64,000 nt of DNA from contig CAVYJM010000006.1 in NCBI GenBank assembly GCA_963768855.1, positions 64,001-128,000 on the forward strand, written 5' to 3'. This document shows positions 1-9,708 of the stretch, piece after piece. The notes under the pieces are model-generated. The model was not told the DNA's origin. It searched no databases and saw only the letters and a list, made by a program, of their open reading frames with translations. Position 1 is the first letter of the stretch; every line of letters starts with the position of its first letter. Both the position numbers and the translations under genes were made by a program. The stretch is from an uncultured Thermoplasmata archaeon. Lineage in GTDB: Archaea > Thermoplasmatota > Thermoplasmata > RBG-16-68-12.

Positions 1-96
1 TTCACACAATCCAGCTACAATGGGACGAAATCGCGGCCAGTATCTTCAAGTCTCCCCGGCCGGCTTATGCGAAATCTGGCCGATGGCTCGCCGCTT

Positions 97-193
97 GTCA
101 TCCCGGAACGGCTCTTGCGCCGTATCCGGGACCTTGAAGGGCGCCTGCTTTCGTCACAATCCCGGATAAAGCCGCTGGCGTTTCGGGGATGAC
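97..193. repeat. GTCATCCCG-type palindromic intergenic repeat (REP-like doublet)
   Basis: GTCATCCCGG...CCGTATCCGGGA...GGGATGAC; homologous copies at 18232, 32515, 53528. Confidence 0.75.
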
Positions 194-311
194 GGCTGCG
201 AAACGCTCAACTGGCATTCGGATTATGCGGCTCACAGAGCTGTCATGGAACACGGAGACAAACCGCTTGTTCGTCACCTGAGCTAAGTCCGACAAGGAGA
301 GGAGTACGGCC

Positions 312-656
312 ATGAGTTTTCTATATGCCCAGGGCGATTTGCTGATCGAACGTGTCGCCGACATCCCTGTATCCGGCGTTCCCATGGAGCCGGGGCCTGA
401 CGGCGCCGCCGTTCTGCTGGAAGGCGAGACGACCGGACACCGGCACGCGATCTACGACCGCGTGACCATGTTCCGGGACGACGCGCTCGCGCACGACATT
501 CCGAACGGTCTCTATGTTGGCCACGTCCGGGTGGACGGCCCTTGTGCACGGATTCAGCACGACGAGCACGATGCCATCACCGTGCCAAAGGGGATCTATC
601 GCATTCGCCGCCAACGTGAGCTTGAGCCTAAAGATGCACGGATCGTTGCAGACTAA
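312..656 (+). CDS. Conserved small His-motif protein (partner of DUF6745 gene)
   Basis: 114 aa; QGDLL, GETTGHRH, QHDEH, RRQRE..RIVAD motifs; AAGGAG RBS; stop overlaps next gene. Confidence 0.75.
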   Translation: MSFLYAQGDLLIERVADIPVSGVPMEPGPDGAAVLLEGETTGHRHAIYDRVTMFRDDALAHDIPNGLYVGHVRVDGPCARIQHDEHDAITVPKGIYRIRRQRELEPKDARIVAD

Positions 657-1758
657 GCTCAGGCGCCTGTCCCCGGAGCAACTGGCGTGCATCGCGGATC
701 ACCGGAAGCGGTGGGTCCAAATCAGGACCTCCACGGCGCCAGCGAACCGGGAGGAGGCGGAGCGCGGCATCGCCGCCGCCTACGGCGCGGCGGGCTGGCC
801 AGAGCCCAGGCAGATCGTCTGGTGCTCAAGCCCGATGCAAATGGCGGCGCTCTGGGCGAAAACCCCGCACGAGCGTTCAGGCGCCAATCTTAAAGCCGCC
901 ATCGCGGACCAGGTCCGCAACCGGGCGTCTTTCGCCATTCAGCGCCGCGTCAGCGGCAGCGTGCTCGTAACCGTCGAAGAGCAGAGCGCGCAGGCGGGGG
1001 ACGAGACGCTTGGCGATAGCGTCCGGGACGCAGTCTTGCGGGCTTCCCAGGCCATCCGTTCCGCGGCGCCCCACAAGCGGCCGTGGCTGTTTTGGCTGAG
1101 CAGGCGGCGTCCCTGGCTGCAATTGGAGGATGCCGGCTACGCTCCGCGCAGCCATGGCTGGCTTGAGCGGCACGACTATTTCCGCTCTGTGTGCGGGTTG
1201 ACAAGCGAGACGGAGCCGCTCGCGGGCCTTCTGCTCATCGCCGCCCACGCGGATTGGATTATTCCGCACAAGCACATTTGCTGGGTATCCGAGCCCCCGC
1301 AAATCCTCAATACGGACGAGCGGGGCCGGCTTCATGGCGCTTCCGGGCCCGCCCTCCAATACCGCGACGGGTGGACCATTTACGCGTGGAAGGGCGTGGA
1401 GGTGCCCTCGCGCGTGATCGAGCGGCCCGGGCAGATCACCGCCGCCGATATCGACAGGGCCGTGGACATCCATGTCCGCCGCTGCATGATCGAGCGGATG
1501 ACGCCGGAGCGGTTTATCGCGACCGGGGCCGCTTTCCGGATCTCGGAGGACGACACCGGAATCCTCTGGGAGAAGCGATGGCACGATGGCGACGCTTGGG
1601 CCGCCATAGAGGTCGTCAACGGCACCCCGGAACCCGATGGCACCCATAAGCGGTACTTCCTCCAGGTGCCGCCCAATATGCTGACCGCCCGCTCCGCCGT
1701 CGCCTGGACCTACGGGCTCACCGCGCGGCAATACCGGGGCCTGCTGATGCGCACCTGA
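634..1758 (+). CDS. DUF6745-like protein
   Basis: GRLH..GPALQYRDGWTIYAWKGV and VVNGTPEPDGTHKRYFLQVPP..TARSAVAWTYG motifs; start at ATG 634 or TTG 646. Confidence 0.7.
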   Translation: MHGSLQTKLRRLSPEQLACIADHRKRWVQIRTSTAPANREEAERGIAAAYGAAGWPEPRQIVWCSSPMQMAALWAKTPHERSGANLKAAIADQVRNRASFAIQRRVSGSVLVTVEEQSAQAGDETLGDSVRDAVLRASQAIRSAAPHKRPWLFWLSRRRPWLQLEDAGYAPRSHGWLERHDYFRSVCGLTSETEPLAGLLLIAAHADWIIPHKHICWVSEPPQILNTDERGRLHGASGPALQYRDGWTIYAWKGVEVPSRVIERPGQITAADIDRAVDIHVRRCMIERMTPERFIATGAAFRISEDDTGILWEKRWHDGDAWAAIEVVNGTPEPDGTHKRYFLQVPPNMLTARSAVAWTYGLTARQYRGLLMRT

Positions 1759-1778
1759 TGCGGAGCGGCACCGCATCC

Positions 1779-2165
1779 TTAAGAGAGGTCGATGGCGAAG
1801 CGCTTAAGGTCCTTCAGCGCCACGATCTCCAGCGCGCTTTCATGGGTTGCCGCCAGCACCACCTTCGGGGCCATGCCGGCCTCGAAGGCTTGCCGCCATC
1901 GCGCCGCGCACAGGCACCAGCGGCCGCCAGGCTTCAGGCCGGGAAAATCGAATTCCGGCATGGGGGTGGAAAGGTCGTTTCCGGCTTTCTTGGAAAACTC
2001 CAGAAACTCGGCGGTCATGACCGCGCAGACGGTGTGCGAGCCCAAATCTTCCGGCCCGGTATTGCAGCATCCGTCACGGAAAAAACCTGTCACGGGCGAA
2101 TCGGAGCAGGTTTGCAGCGGCTCCCCGAACACATTCTTTTGGGGCGCGGGCTCATTTTCTAGCAT
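1779..2165 (-). CDS. DUF2237 family protein
   Basis: NVFGEPL..CS..PVTGFFRDGCC.TG.ED.GSHTVCA and PGLKPG.RWCLCAARW. Confidence 0.9.
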   Translation of the reverse strand: MLENEPAPQKNVFGEPLQTCSDSPVTGFFRDGCCNTGPEDLGSHTVCAVMTAEFLEFSKKAGNDLSTPMPEFDFPGLKPGGRWCLCAARWRQAFEAGMAPKVVLAATHESALEIVALKDLKRFAIDLS

Positions 2166-2423
2166 GTCACGCAAGGCGTTTGGCTCCAGCTTTTTCATTT
2201 CTTGCAATAAGAGTGCCGGAATTTGCAGCGCCGGTCGAGAGCTTCCGCACGGCCTGCTTAAGCGCGCCTGACCGGGCGCCGCGGTCGCATCGGCCCGGCG
2301 AAACCGGGGCTGGGCCGGCTTTTCCTGCCGGGAGGGCGGGAAAGCTCTTGTTAACGTACTTTGCTAGCATTTTGCCGCGTTCCGCGCCGCTTTTCGATAT
2401 TGAACTAATTTAGCAGATGCGCT

Positions 2424-2438
2424 TTGAGAAAACGTTAA
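2424..2438. promoter_or_regulatory. CtrA-like box, one mismatch (TTGA-N7-TTAA)
   Basis: Same position relative to the conserved module as the perfect box at 59522. Confidence 0.4.
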
Positions 2439-2520
2439 GAGCGCAGTTCTGGCGCAAGTGTTTGATTTAAAGCGGCAAAATTTGCGAACGAAACGCCCCT
2501 AAACTGGACTTTCGGTTAAT

Positions 2521-2649
2521 TCAGAAGTTGCGCGTATATTTAAACGGATTCTGAAATCGTAGAATTCGACCAGAAACACGAAAAGATTCGCAAAAACACG
2601 GCGGCGGAAAATATGAGTAACCGCGGTTAACCACGCCCGCATTAATCAT
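2521..2649 (-). CDS. Putative 42-aa small protein, FCESF family copy 1
   Basis: MINAGVVNRGYSYFPPPCFCESFRVSGRILRFQNPFKYTRNF*; below the ORF-track cutoff; homologous to 59558..59749 and 23055..23254. Confidence 0.5.
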   Translation of the reverse strand: MINAGVVNRGYSYFPPPCFCESFRVSGRILRFQNPFKYTRNF

Positions 2650-2692
2650 GCTGCGCCCGTAGGGAAGCTTCATTATTTGTTAATGCTTTTAA

Positions 2693-2980
2693 TTAGTCGC
2701 CAGAACTGTCCTCAAACTCTTCGTCAACGATCTCGCCGATGCCGAGGCTCCAGCCTTCGTATCCGGGCAGTGCGCGCGCTTCGGCCAAGGGGGACGGCGA
2801 AGGGATAGGGAGGCCCGCATCCAGAGCCGCATCGATCCACGCCGCCGCCGCTTCCTTCGCGGCCTCCATGGCTTCGTCCAGGGTATCGCCAGCCGAGAAG
2901 CAGCCCGGCAGATCGGGCACGGTGACGCCGAACGCCGCGTGCTCCGAGCCTTCTTCGATCAGGACGGGGTAACGCATCAT
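2693..2980 (-). CDS. HicB-like antitoxin (N-terminal domain only, no adjacent HicA)
   Basis: YPVLIE......FGVTVPDLPGCFSAGDTLDEAMEAAKEA. Confidence 0.85.
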   Translation of the reverse strand: MMRYPVLIEEGSEHAAFGVTVPDLPGCFSAGDTLDEAMEAAKEAAAAWIDAALDAGLPIPSPSPLAEARALPGYEGWSLGIGEIVDEEFEDSSGD

Positions 2981-3005
2981 AGACCTGCCTGTTTGCGGAT
3001 CGCCG

Positions 3006-3356
3006 CTATGGTTCTTGATCGTTCGAAGCTATTGCCGCTTCGACTGCCGCCTTCAAAACCGGAATATCGTCCTGAACGATATTCCAAACAATCTGATTGT
3101 TTACAGTGTCGTATCCGTGACGGAGCCGATTTCCAATATCGGCAACATGACGCCAGGGAATTCCGGCATGCTTTTGCTTGAACTCCTCAGGCAGATGGCG
3201 GGATGTCTCGCTTATGATCTCCAGGCATCTTCGATGCCAAGCCGGAGAAACTTGTTCGCGACGAATTGCTCCCAGGTGAGGTCCCCGGTGTGCTGTTGAA
3301 GATAGCCGATCGCTTCAAGGATGTGCTCCAGCGCGGCCGTTCAGCGTCGCGCGCAT
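3006..3356 (-). pseudogene. HepT/DUF86 HEPN RNase toxin, frameshifted in this assembly
   Basis: Manual translation: LEHILEAIGYLQQHTGDLTWEQF...LEIISETSRHLPEEFKQKHAGIPWRHVADIGNRLRHGYDTVNNQIVW; two indels; TGATG overlap with the MNT gene. Confidence 0.8.
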
Positions 3357-3650
3357 CAGAAGACCGCAATTCGTCGTCCGCCATACGCCGGCGGAATTTT
3401 TCCGGCGTCGAGGAGCGAAGCACGACCTGCGTTTCTATTCCGATGGCGTCCTCAATGAGAAGGGCAACACCGGGAAGATTGATGAGGGAAAAGCGGCTTT
3501 CGGATCGACATCGATGAGCACGTCCAAATCGCAATCCGGCCGCTCGTCACCGCGCGCCCGGGAGCCGTAGATCGCCAGGCGCAAAACGCCCTCGGCGCGG
3601 ATCGCGCTCTCGTTCTCCCTAATCTTGGCCAGGATTTGCTCGCGGGTCAT
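3356..3650 (-). pseudogene. MntA-type minimal nucleotidyltransferase antitoxin, frameshifted
   Basis: LAIYGSRARGDERPDCDLDVLID, then FSLINLPGVALLIEDAIG...DDELRVF* after indel repair. Confidence 0.85.
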
Positions 3651-3848
3651 GGCTGCATATTAGCTCTGTTCGTTTGTTGCGTCACCTGCCGTGGCGACGG
3701 CTCCAGCCGCCGGGTGAAATACCGCGGCATTCGAGCCGACCTGCCTCGCCAAGCTCGTCCACCATCCCGTTGAAGGTCTTGCTGGACAACGGCGTCAGAT
3801 CATCCCGCGAGGCTCAGTCTTCAAAAAACCAATTGCAGGCCGCTCGAC

Positions 3849-3867
3849 ACTACTGCTAAACAGTAGT
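3849..3867. promoter_or_regulatory. Inverted repeat, probable TA operator
   Basis: ACTACTG-CTAAA-CAGTAGT directly abutting the BrnT ATG at 3868. Confidence 0.6.
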
Positions 3868-4158
3868 ATGATCGATGACGATTTCGAATGGCATGCGGCA
3901 AAGGCCCGCAAGAATTACCGGGACCATGGCGTCACATTCGACACGGCAGAGAGAGCCTTTTCCGATCCGTTCGCGATTGCCATCATCGACGAGCGCGAGG
4001 ACTATGGTGAGGAGCGGTACAATTTGCTTGGCATGGTTGAAGGCCAGCTCCTGAACGTCACTTACACCGAACGCTCAGGCCGTTACCGCTTGATTTCGGC
4101 GCGCCGCGCCACCAAGAAGGAGAAAGATGACTATTTCACGCAGAACGCGCAAAGCTGA
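3868..4158 (+). CDS. BrnT family toxin (DUF497)
   Basis: FEW...KARKN..DHGVTF..A...FSDP....DEREDYGEERY..LG...LISARRAT..E. Confidence 0.9.
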   Translation: MIDDDFEWHAAKARKNYRDHGVTFDTAERAFSDPFAIAIIDEREDYGEERYNLLGMVEGQLLNVTYTERSGRYRLISARRATKKEKDDYFTQNAQS

Positions 4159-4477
4159 ACCCGATCTCCGGCCCATGCGGCCGATGACAGAGGCCGAGAT
4201 CGAAGCCGCCGCCCGCGCCGATCCCGATGCGCAGCCTTGGACGGAGAAGCAGCTTGCCAAGGCCAAGCGTGTGCCGCGGGCCAAACTCATCCGCCGGGCG
4301 CTCGGATGCACGCAGGAACAGTTCGCCGCGCATTACCATATCCCGCTCGGGACGTTGAGGGATTGGGAGCAAGGCGCCGCCGAGCCGGACCAAGCTGCAA
4401 AGGCGTATCTGACCGTCATCGCCCGCGAACCCGAAATTGTACGCAAGGCGCTGGCGCAGCGGCCTGAGCCGGCGTAG
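4127..4477 (+). CDS. XRE/HigA-like HTH antitoxin
   Basis: IRRALGCTQEQFA..YHIPLGTLRDWEQG..EPD..AKAYL.VIAREPE; overlaps BrnT. Confidence 0.85.
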   Translation: MTISRRTRKAEPDLRPMRPMTEAEIEAAARADPDAQPWTEKQLAKAKRVPRAKLIRRALGCTQEQFAAHYHIPLGTLRDWEQGAAEPDQAAKAYLTVIAREPEIVRKALAQRPEPA

Positions 4478-4524
4478 CAATTCAACCGCTTGTGCACTGG
4501 CTGCCTAGATGACGGATCGCTTCT

Positions 4525-4807
4525 TCATTTCGCGGTTTTGAGCCGAGCGGCGTGATGAGCGCGAATCCGGGCGGAAACCGTCTCCACTGACAAGGCGCGG
4601 CCAGGATCGGCCTGCATTGCGTCGTACACAGGCGCCACTTCCTCGCGAAGCCATCGCTCGACAGCGCGATCGCGCTCCTGTAGCGCCCGCAGCCCAGCCC
4701 GCACGACCTCGCTCGCCGAGGCGTACTGCCCCGAACTCTACGAGCCCGTCAATGTAAGCGGCATGCTCTTCGGGCAAACTGATGGTGCGCTTTTCAATGT
4801 GGGACAA
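4525..4807 (-). pseudogene. ParD-family RHH antitoxin (one indel), followed only by a 7-codon ParE-like stub
   Basis: AAGGAG + TTG start; KRTISLPEEHAAYIDGLVE/GQYASASEVVRAGLRALQERD; ATGA overlap into MKKRSVI*. Confidence 0.75.
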
Positions 4808-5028
4808 GGGCGGCTCCTTTCTTGCGATGATCGAGTATGACTCTTTCATACCGGCCGGGCAAGCAAAAGAAGCGGGGCGTTTCGCTGAGCCGTCAGTGCG
4901 TCTTAGGCGCCGGTCAGCATGCTCCGGCAGCGCTTGGCGCTGCCACAGGGCTCACACTGACGCGACGCTGGCGTTCAAGCATTTGCATCGGCCTGGTGTG
5001 TCGTCGCCAATGGCAAACGGCTTGAGAT

Positions 5029-7193
5029 TTACTCTGCCGCGCTTGCTTGCGCGTAGCCGAGATGGGCGTTGAGCTTGCGCGAGCAGATCCGCCGCCGCCT
5101 CCGCGATATTGGTGCCCGGGCCGAAGATCGCCACCGCGCCCGCCTCGTAGAGCGCGGCGTAATCGTCCGGCGGGATGACGCCGCCCACCACGATCAGGAT
5201 ATCCGGCCGGCCCTGTTCCGCCAGCTCGGCCTTAAGCTCCGGCACGAGCGTCAGATGCCCCGCGGCCAGCGACGACACGCCAATCATATGCACGTCGTTC
5301 TCGACCGCCTGCCGCGCCACCTCGGCGGGCGTCGCGAACAGCGCGCCGATATCCACGTCGAAGCCCAGATCGGCAAACGCGGACGCGATCACCTTCTGCC
5401 CCCGGTCGTGCCCATCCTGGCCGACCTTGGCGACGAGAATGCGCGGGCGGCGGCCGTCGTTCTTCTCGAAGTCCTCGCACAGGGCGATGACGCGCCGCAC
5501 CTTTTCGTCCATCTGCCCGATCTCCTGGCGGTAAACCCCCGAAATGGCCCGCGTCTCGGCGCGATGGCGGCCGTAGACCTTTTCGAGCGCGCTGGAAATT
5601 TCGCCGACGGTCGCCTTGGCGCGGGCGGCATTCACCGAAAGCTCCAGCAGGTTGCCGCCGCCGGCGCGCCGCATTGGTGAGCGCGGTAAGCGCCGCCTCC
5701 ACCGCCGCCGGGTCGCGCTCGGCCCTGAGCCGCTCCAGCTTCTCGATCTGGCGCGCGCGCACCGCCGAATTGTCGACCTTCAGCACCTCGACCGGCGCTT
5801 CGTCGTTCACCTGATATTTGTTGACGCCGACAATCGTTTGCTTGCCGCCGTCGATCCGCGCCTGCGTGCGCGCGGCGGCTTCCTCGATGCGCAGCTTCGG
5901 CAGGCCCTGCCCGATGGCCTTCGCCATGCCGCCGAGCTTTTCGACCTCCTGGATGTGCTCCCAAGCCTTCTTGGCCAGCTCGTAGGTCAGGCGCTCGACA
6001 TAATAGCTGCCGCCCCACGGGTCGATGACGCGCGTGGTGCCGGTTTCGTATTCGATGAACAGCTGCGTGTTGCGCGCGATGCGGGCGGAGAAGTCGGTCG
6101 GCAGGGCCAGCGCCTCGTCGAGTGCGTTGGTGTGCAGCGATTGCGTGCCGCCATGGGTCGCGGCGAAGGCTTCCACGCAGGTGCGCATGACATTGTTGTA
6201 TACGTCCTGCGCGGTCAGCGACCAGCCGCTGGTCTGGCAATGCGCGCGCAGGCTCATCGACTTCGGATTTTTCGCGCCGAGGTCCCGCATGAGCCGCGCC
6301 CAGAGCGCGCGCGCGGCCCGCATCTTGGCGACTTCCATGAAGTAGTTCATGCCAATCGCCCAGAAGAACGAGAGGCGCGGCGCGAACGCGTCGATATCGA
6401 GGCCCGCCGCCATGCCGGAGCGCACATATTCGACGCCGTCCGCCAGCGTGTAGGCCAGCTCCAGGTCGGCGGTGGCACCCGCTTCCTGCATGTGGTAGCC
6501 GGAGATCGAGATCGAGTTGAACTTCGGCATCTTCTGGCTCGTATAGGCGAAGATGTCGGAGATGATGCGCATCGAGGGTTCGGGCGGATAGATGTAGGTG
6601 TTCCGCACCATGAACTCTTTCAGGATGTCGTTCTGGATCGTCCCCGAAAGCTGCGCGGGCGCAACGCCCTGCTCCTCGCCGGCCACGATGAACAGCGCCA
6701 GGATCGGCAGCACCGCGCCGTTCATGGTCATGGACACGCTCATGTCGGATAGCGGGATGCTATCGAACAAGGTGCGCATATCGTAGATGGAGTCGATGGC
6801 CACGCCCGCCATGCCGACGTCGCCGCGCACGCGGGGGTGGTCGCTGTCGTAGCCGCGGTGCGTGGCGAGATCGAAGGCGACCGAAAGCCCCTTCTGGCCC
6901 GCCGCGAGATTGCGCCGGTAGAAGGCGTTCGAATCCTCCGCCGTGGAGAAGCCCGCATATTGCCGGACGGTCCAGGGCTGCTGGACGTACATGGTGGGGT
7001 ACGGCCCGCGCAGGAACGGCGGCAGGCCGGGATAGGTGTTCAGGAAATCGAGGCCCTCGGCATCGCTTGGGCCATATGCCGGCTTCAGCGCGATCCCCTC
7101 CGGCGTTTCGGCCGCGAAACCAGCCGCTTCCGCCGCAAGCGACGGCGCCTGCCACTCAACCTTCGAAAAATCCGGCAGTGGAGTATTCGTCAT
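5029..7193 (-). CDS. mutB: Methylmalonyl-CoA mutase large (B12-binding) subunit, frameshifted near 5660 and 5080
   Basis: [23 protein letters not shown]; [11 protein letters not shown]12 motif; split over ORFs 5232..7193 and 4952..5674. Confidence 0.95.
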
Positions 7194-7229
7194 CTTATGC
7201 CCTCCGCCGTTAGCGGCACCATACAGCGC

Positions 7230-7397
7230 GCATTACCCCTCACCCTGTCCTTCTCCCAATGGGAGAGATCGCCCTAGCAACGGCTGCAACTGAGCCCTCT
7301 CCGCATCCGCATGCGAATGCGAATGCGGAGACAGAACGCTCTAACAACGGGCACAACGGAGCCCCCTCTCCCATGGGGAGAGGGTAATGCGGGTGAG
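7230..7397. repeat. CCCCTCACCC/CTCTCCC-GGGAGAG REP-like hairpin cluster
   Basis: Three stem-loops between the mutase genes, including a GCATCC/GAATGC palindrome at 7301-7328. Confidence 0.8.
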
Positions 7398-7427
7398 CAT
7401 GGCGCTCATCCTTCGGCAAAAATCGTA

Positions 7428-9435
7428 CTAGCAGCATCCGCATCCGCAATCGTGGCTATGGGAGTGCATGTGAACCTCGAAGCCTTCCTCGGCTTCCTCT
7501 TCCTCGGCGGCGGCGGCGAGTTCTTCCACTTTCAAGGCGGCCTGCACCTCCTCCAGAATGGCGAGCGCGTTGCAGCCTTCGTGAATGAGGCGGTCGATCG
7601 CTATGGCGTCGGCCGGCTCGATCGTGTCCAAGAGCGAGGCCGGGCCGGCCAGATAGACCGCGACCGCTCCGGCCTTTTTCAGCGCCGAAGCCGCGCCCGG
7701 CATGGACGCATAGACCTTGTTGGATGAGCACAGGCAGGCAACCGGCGCCGGGCTTCGCTTGAAGGCCGCCGCGAGGGCTTCCACGCTCTCGAACCCCTGG
7801 TCCGGAACGATCGCCTCGATGCCGCCCACGGCGAAGAAGCTTTGCACCCAATTCGCGCGCGCCCGGTAGTCGTCCGCCTTGCCGAGCAGCGCCAGGAAGA
7901 TAGGCGGCCTGGACCCGATCATCTCAAGGGCGATGTCGGCACGCCAGCGGAGGTTTTCGAAAGGCTCGGCATCGCGCATTGTTGCGTAAAGCGCGGGCGC
8001 AACGATGCTCGCGACACGGCGGGAGGCCATGCGCAATTCGCGAAGGCTGGCGCCCGCCCGGGCCGCCTCGATCAGGGCGGCAAAGCGCTCGCCCTTGCCC
8101 GCCGCGGGCAACGCCGGCACTTTCCCGGCAAAGGGATGGCTGATTTCATCGTCCGGGCTTGCCACGATGTCCGGGAGCGGCGCCTTTTCCGAAGCATTCG
8201 GGAAAACCGAGACGCCGGTGATCTTGTCCGCGCGGCAGGCCACGGCACGTTCGCGCTCGCTGGCCTTGCGCCGCAGCTCGTCCTCGACGAAACCGCATTC
8301 AATCGCCGCCGCGAGCCCGCCCTTGGCTTCCACCCGGCGGAACAGCGCCCACGCGGAGGCGGCGAGCCCGTTCGTCAGCGCTTCGAGATAGGCCGAGCCG
8401 GCGGCGGCATCGGCGACGGCGGACAGATAGCTTTCCTCTTGCAGAATGAGGCTTGTATTCCGTGCGAGCCGCCGCGGCAAAGCCGCCTCGCCGCCGCTTG
8501 CGCTGTCGAAGGGCAGAATCTCCACGCCGGTTGCGCCGCCAATCGCCGCGCCGAACGCCGCCGCGGTTCCGCGCAGCAAATTCACATGGCTGTCGTAGGC
8601 CGTCTGAATGCGCTCCGGCATTCTGGCAAGCAGCAGCAAATTGGCTTGCGGCTTCTCTCCCGCGGCCTCAAGCGCGCGCGCCCAGAGCAGGCGCAGGCTG
8701 CGGAATTTTGCGATGGTGAGGAAGATGTCCGCCGAGGCGGTCAGCGAAAAGCCGATGCAGCCGGCGCTTGCGGCAAGCGGCATGCCCGCCTCCGCCAGCG
8801 CGCGCCAATAGCTGACGCCAGCGGCCAGCGTGAAGGCCAGCTCCTCGGTGGCGGAGCCGCCGGCGCCGTCCCAGGCGCGGCCGCTCGCGAGGAACGGAAC
8901 GAAGGACGGGAAGCGCTCCCGGATATGGAAAGCGGCGTCCACGTAATCGGCGAAGAGCGCGGCCTGTTGCGCCGGCCGCTCGCCGCTCACCGCAAAGGCC
9001 GTCAGCGGATCGAAGCCGGCCGAGCCTTCGATGCCGCTCTTTTCGTTCGCCGCGAGCACCAGGGCGGCATCCGCGAGCAGCCGATCCTGGCGCCAGGATG
9101 TAAGGCACATCCGAGCCAAGCAGATATTTGAGAGCCGTCGCAGTCTCGGCGTCCAAGCCCGCATCGAAATCGATGGATAGCGCGCCATCGCCGTGGAGGG
9201 CGTCAGCGAGTTGCGCTTCAGAGCTGGTAAGCGGCTGCACCGCGTACCAGCCCCGCGAACCGAAAAGCGGCGGCCTTGACTGGGCCTGCGTGTAGAGCGG
9301 CTCGGTTGTGAGCCCCTCGTGCAGTTCGGTTCGCAGCGTATCGAACGGTGCTTTGGCCAATGCCTTGTCTACAAGAGCAAGCCATTCGGCCTCTGAGGCT
9401 TGGGGAAAGCCGGCGGAAAGTGAAAAGTGATCCAT
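7428..9435 (-). CDS. mutA: Methylmalonyl-CoA mutase small subunit, frameshifted near 9085
   Basis: FPQASEAEWLALVDKAL; ELAFTLAAG; RRLARNTSLILQEES; ITGVSVFPN; upstream of the large subunit. Confidence 0.85.
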
Positions 9436-9708
9436 GGTGCAAACGATACCTGAGCGGACGGAAGGCGTCCACAACCGGGCCGATGTTTGAAGCGTGTAGT
9501 GGCCTCACTCTTACCGTGACTGCAATAGCCGCGCTACAGTTTTTGCTGCCGCGCGGTTCAGTTATGCCGGCGGCCGAACAAAACACCGGGCTAGGGCGTA
9601 GGGTTCTAATCGCTTGATGTAGTAAGCTAATTTATACGGAAAGGCCACGGAACCATGTACCGTCTCGAACCTTTCTCATCCGCGTCGATAAAGTGTAGCG
9701 AGGACGAA

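Noticed and set aside
3674-3830. Possible gene remnant between mntA and brnT
   Set aside because: Short, no consistent frame or motif, so it cannot be supported.
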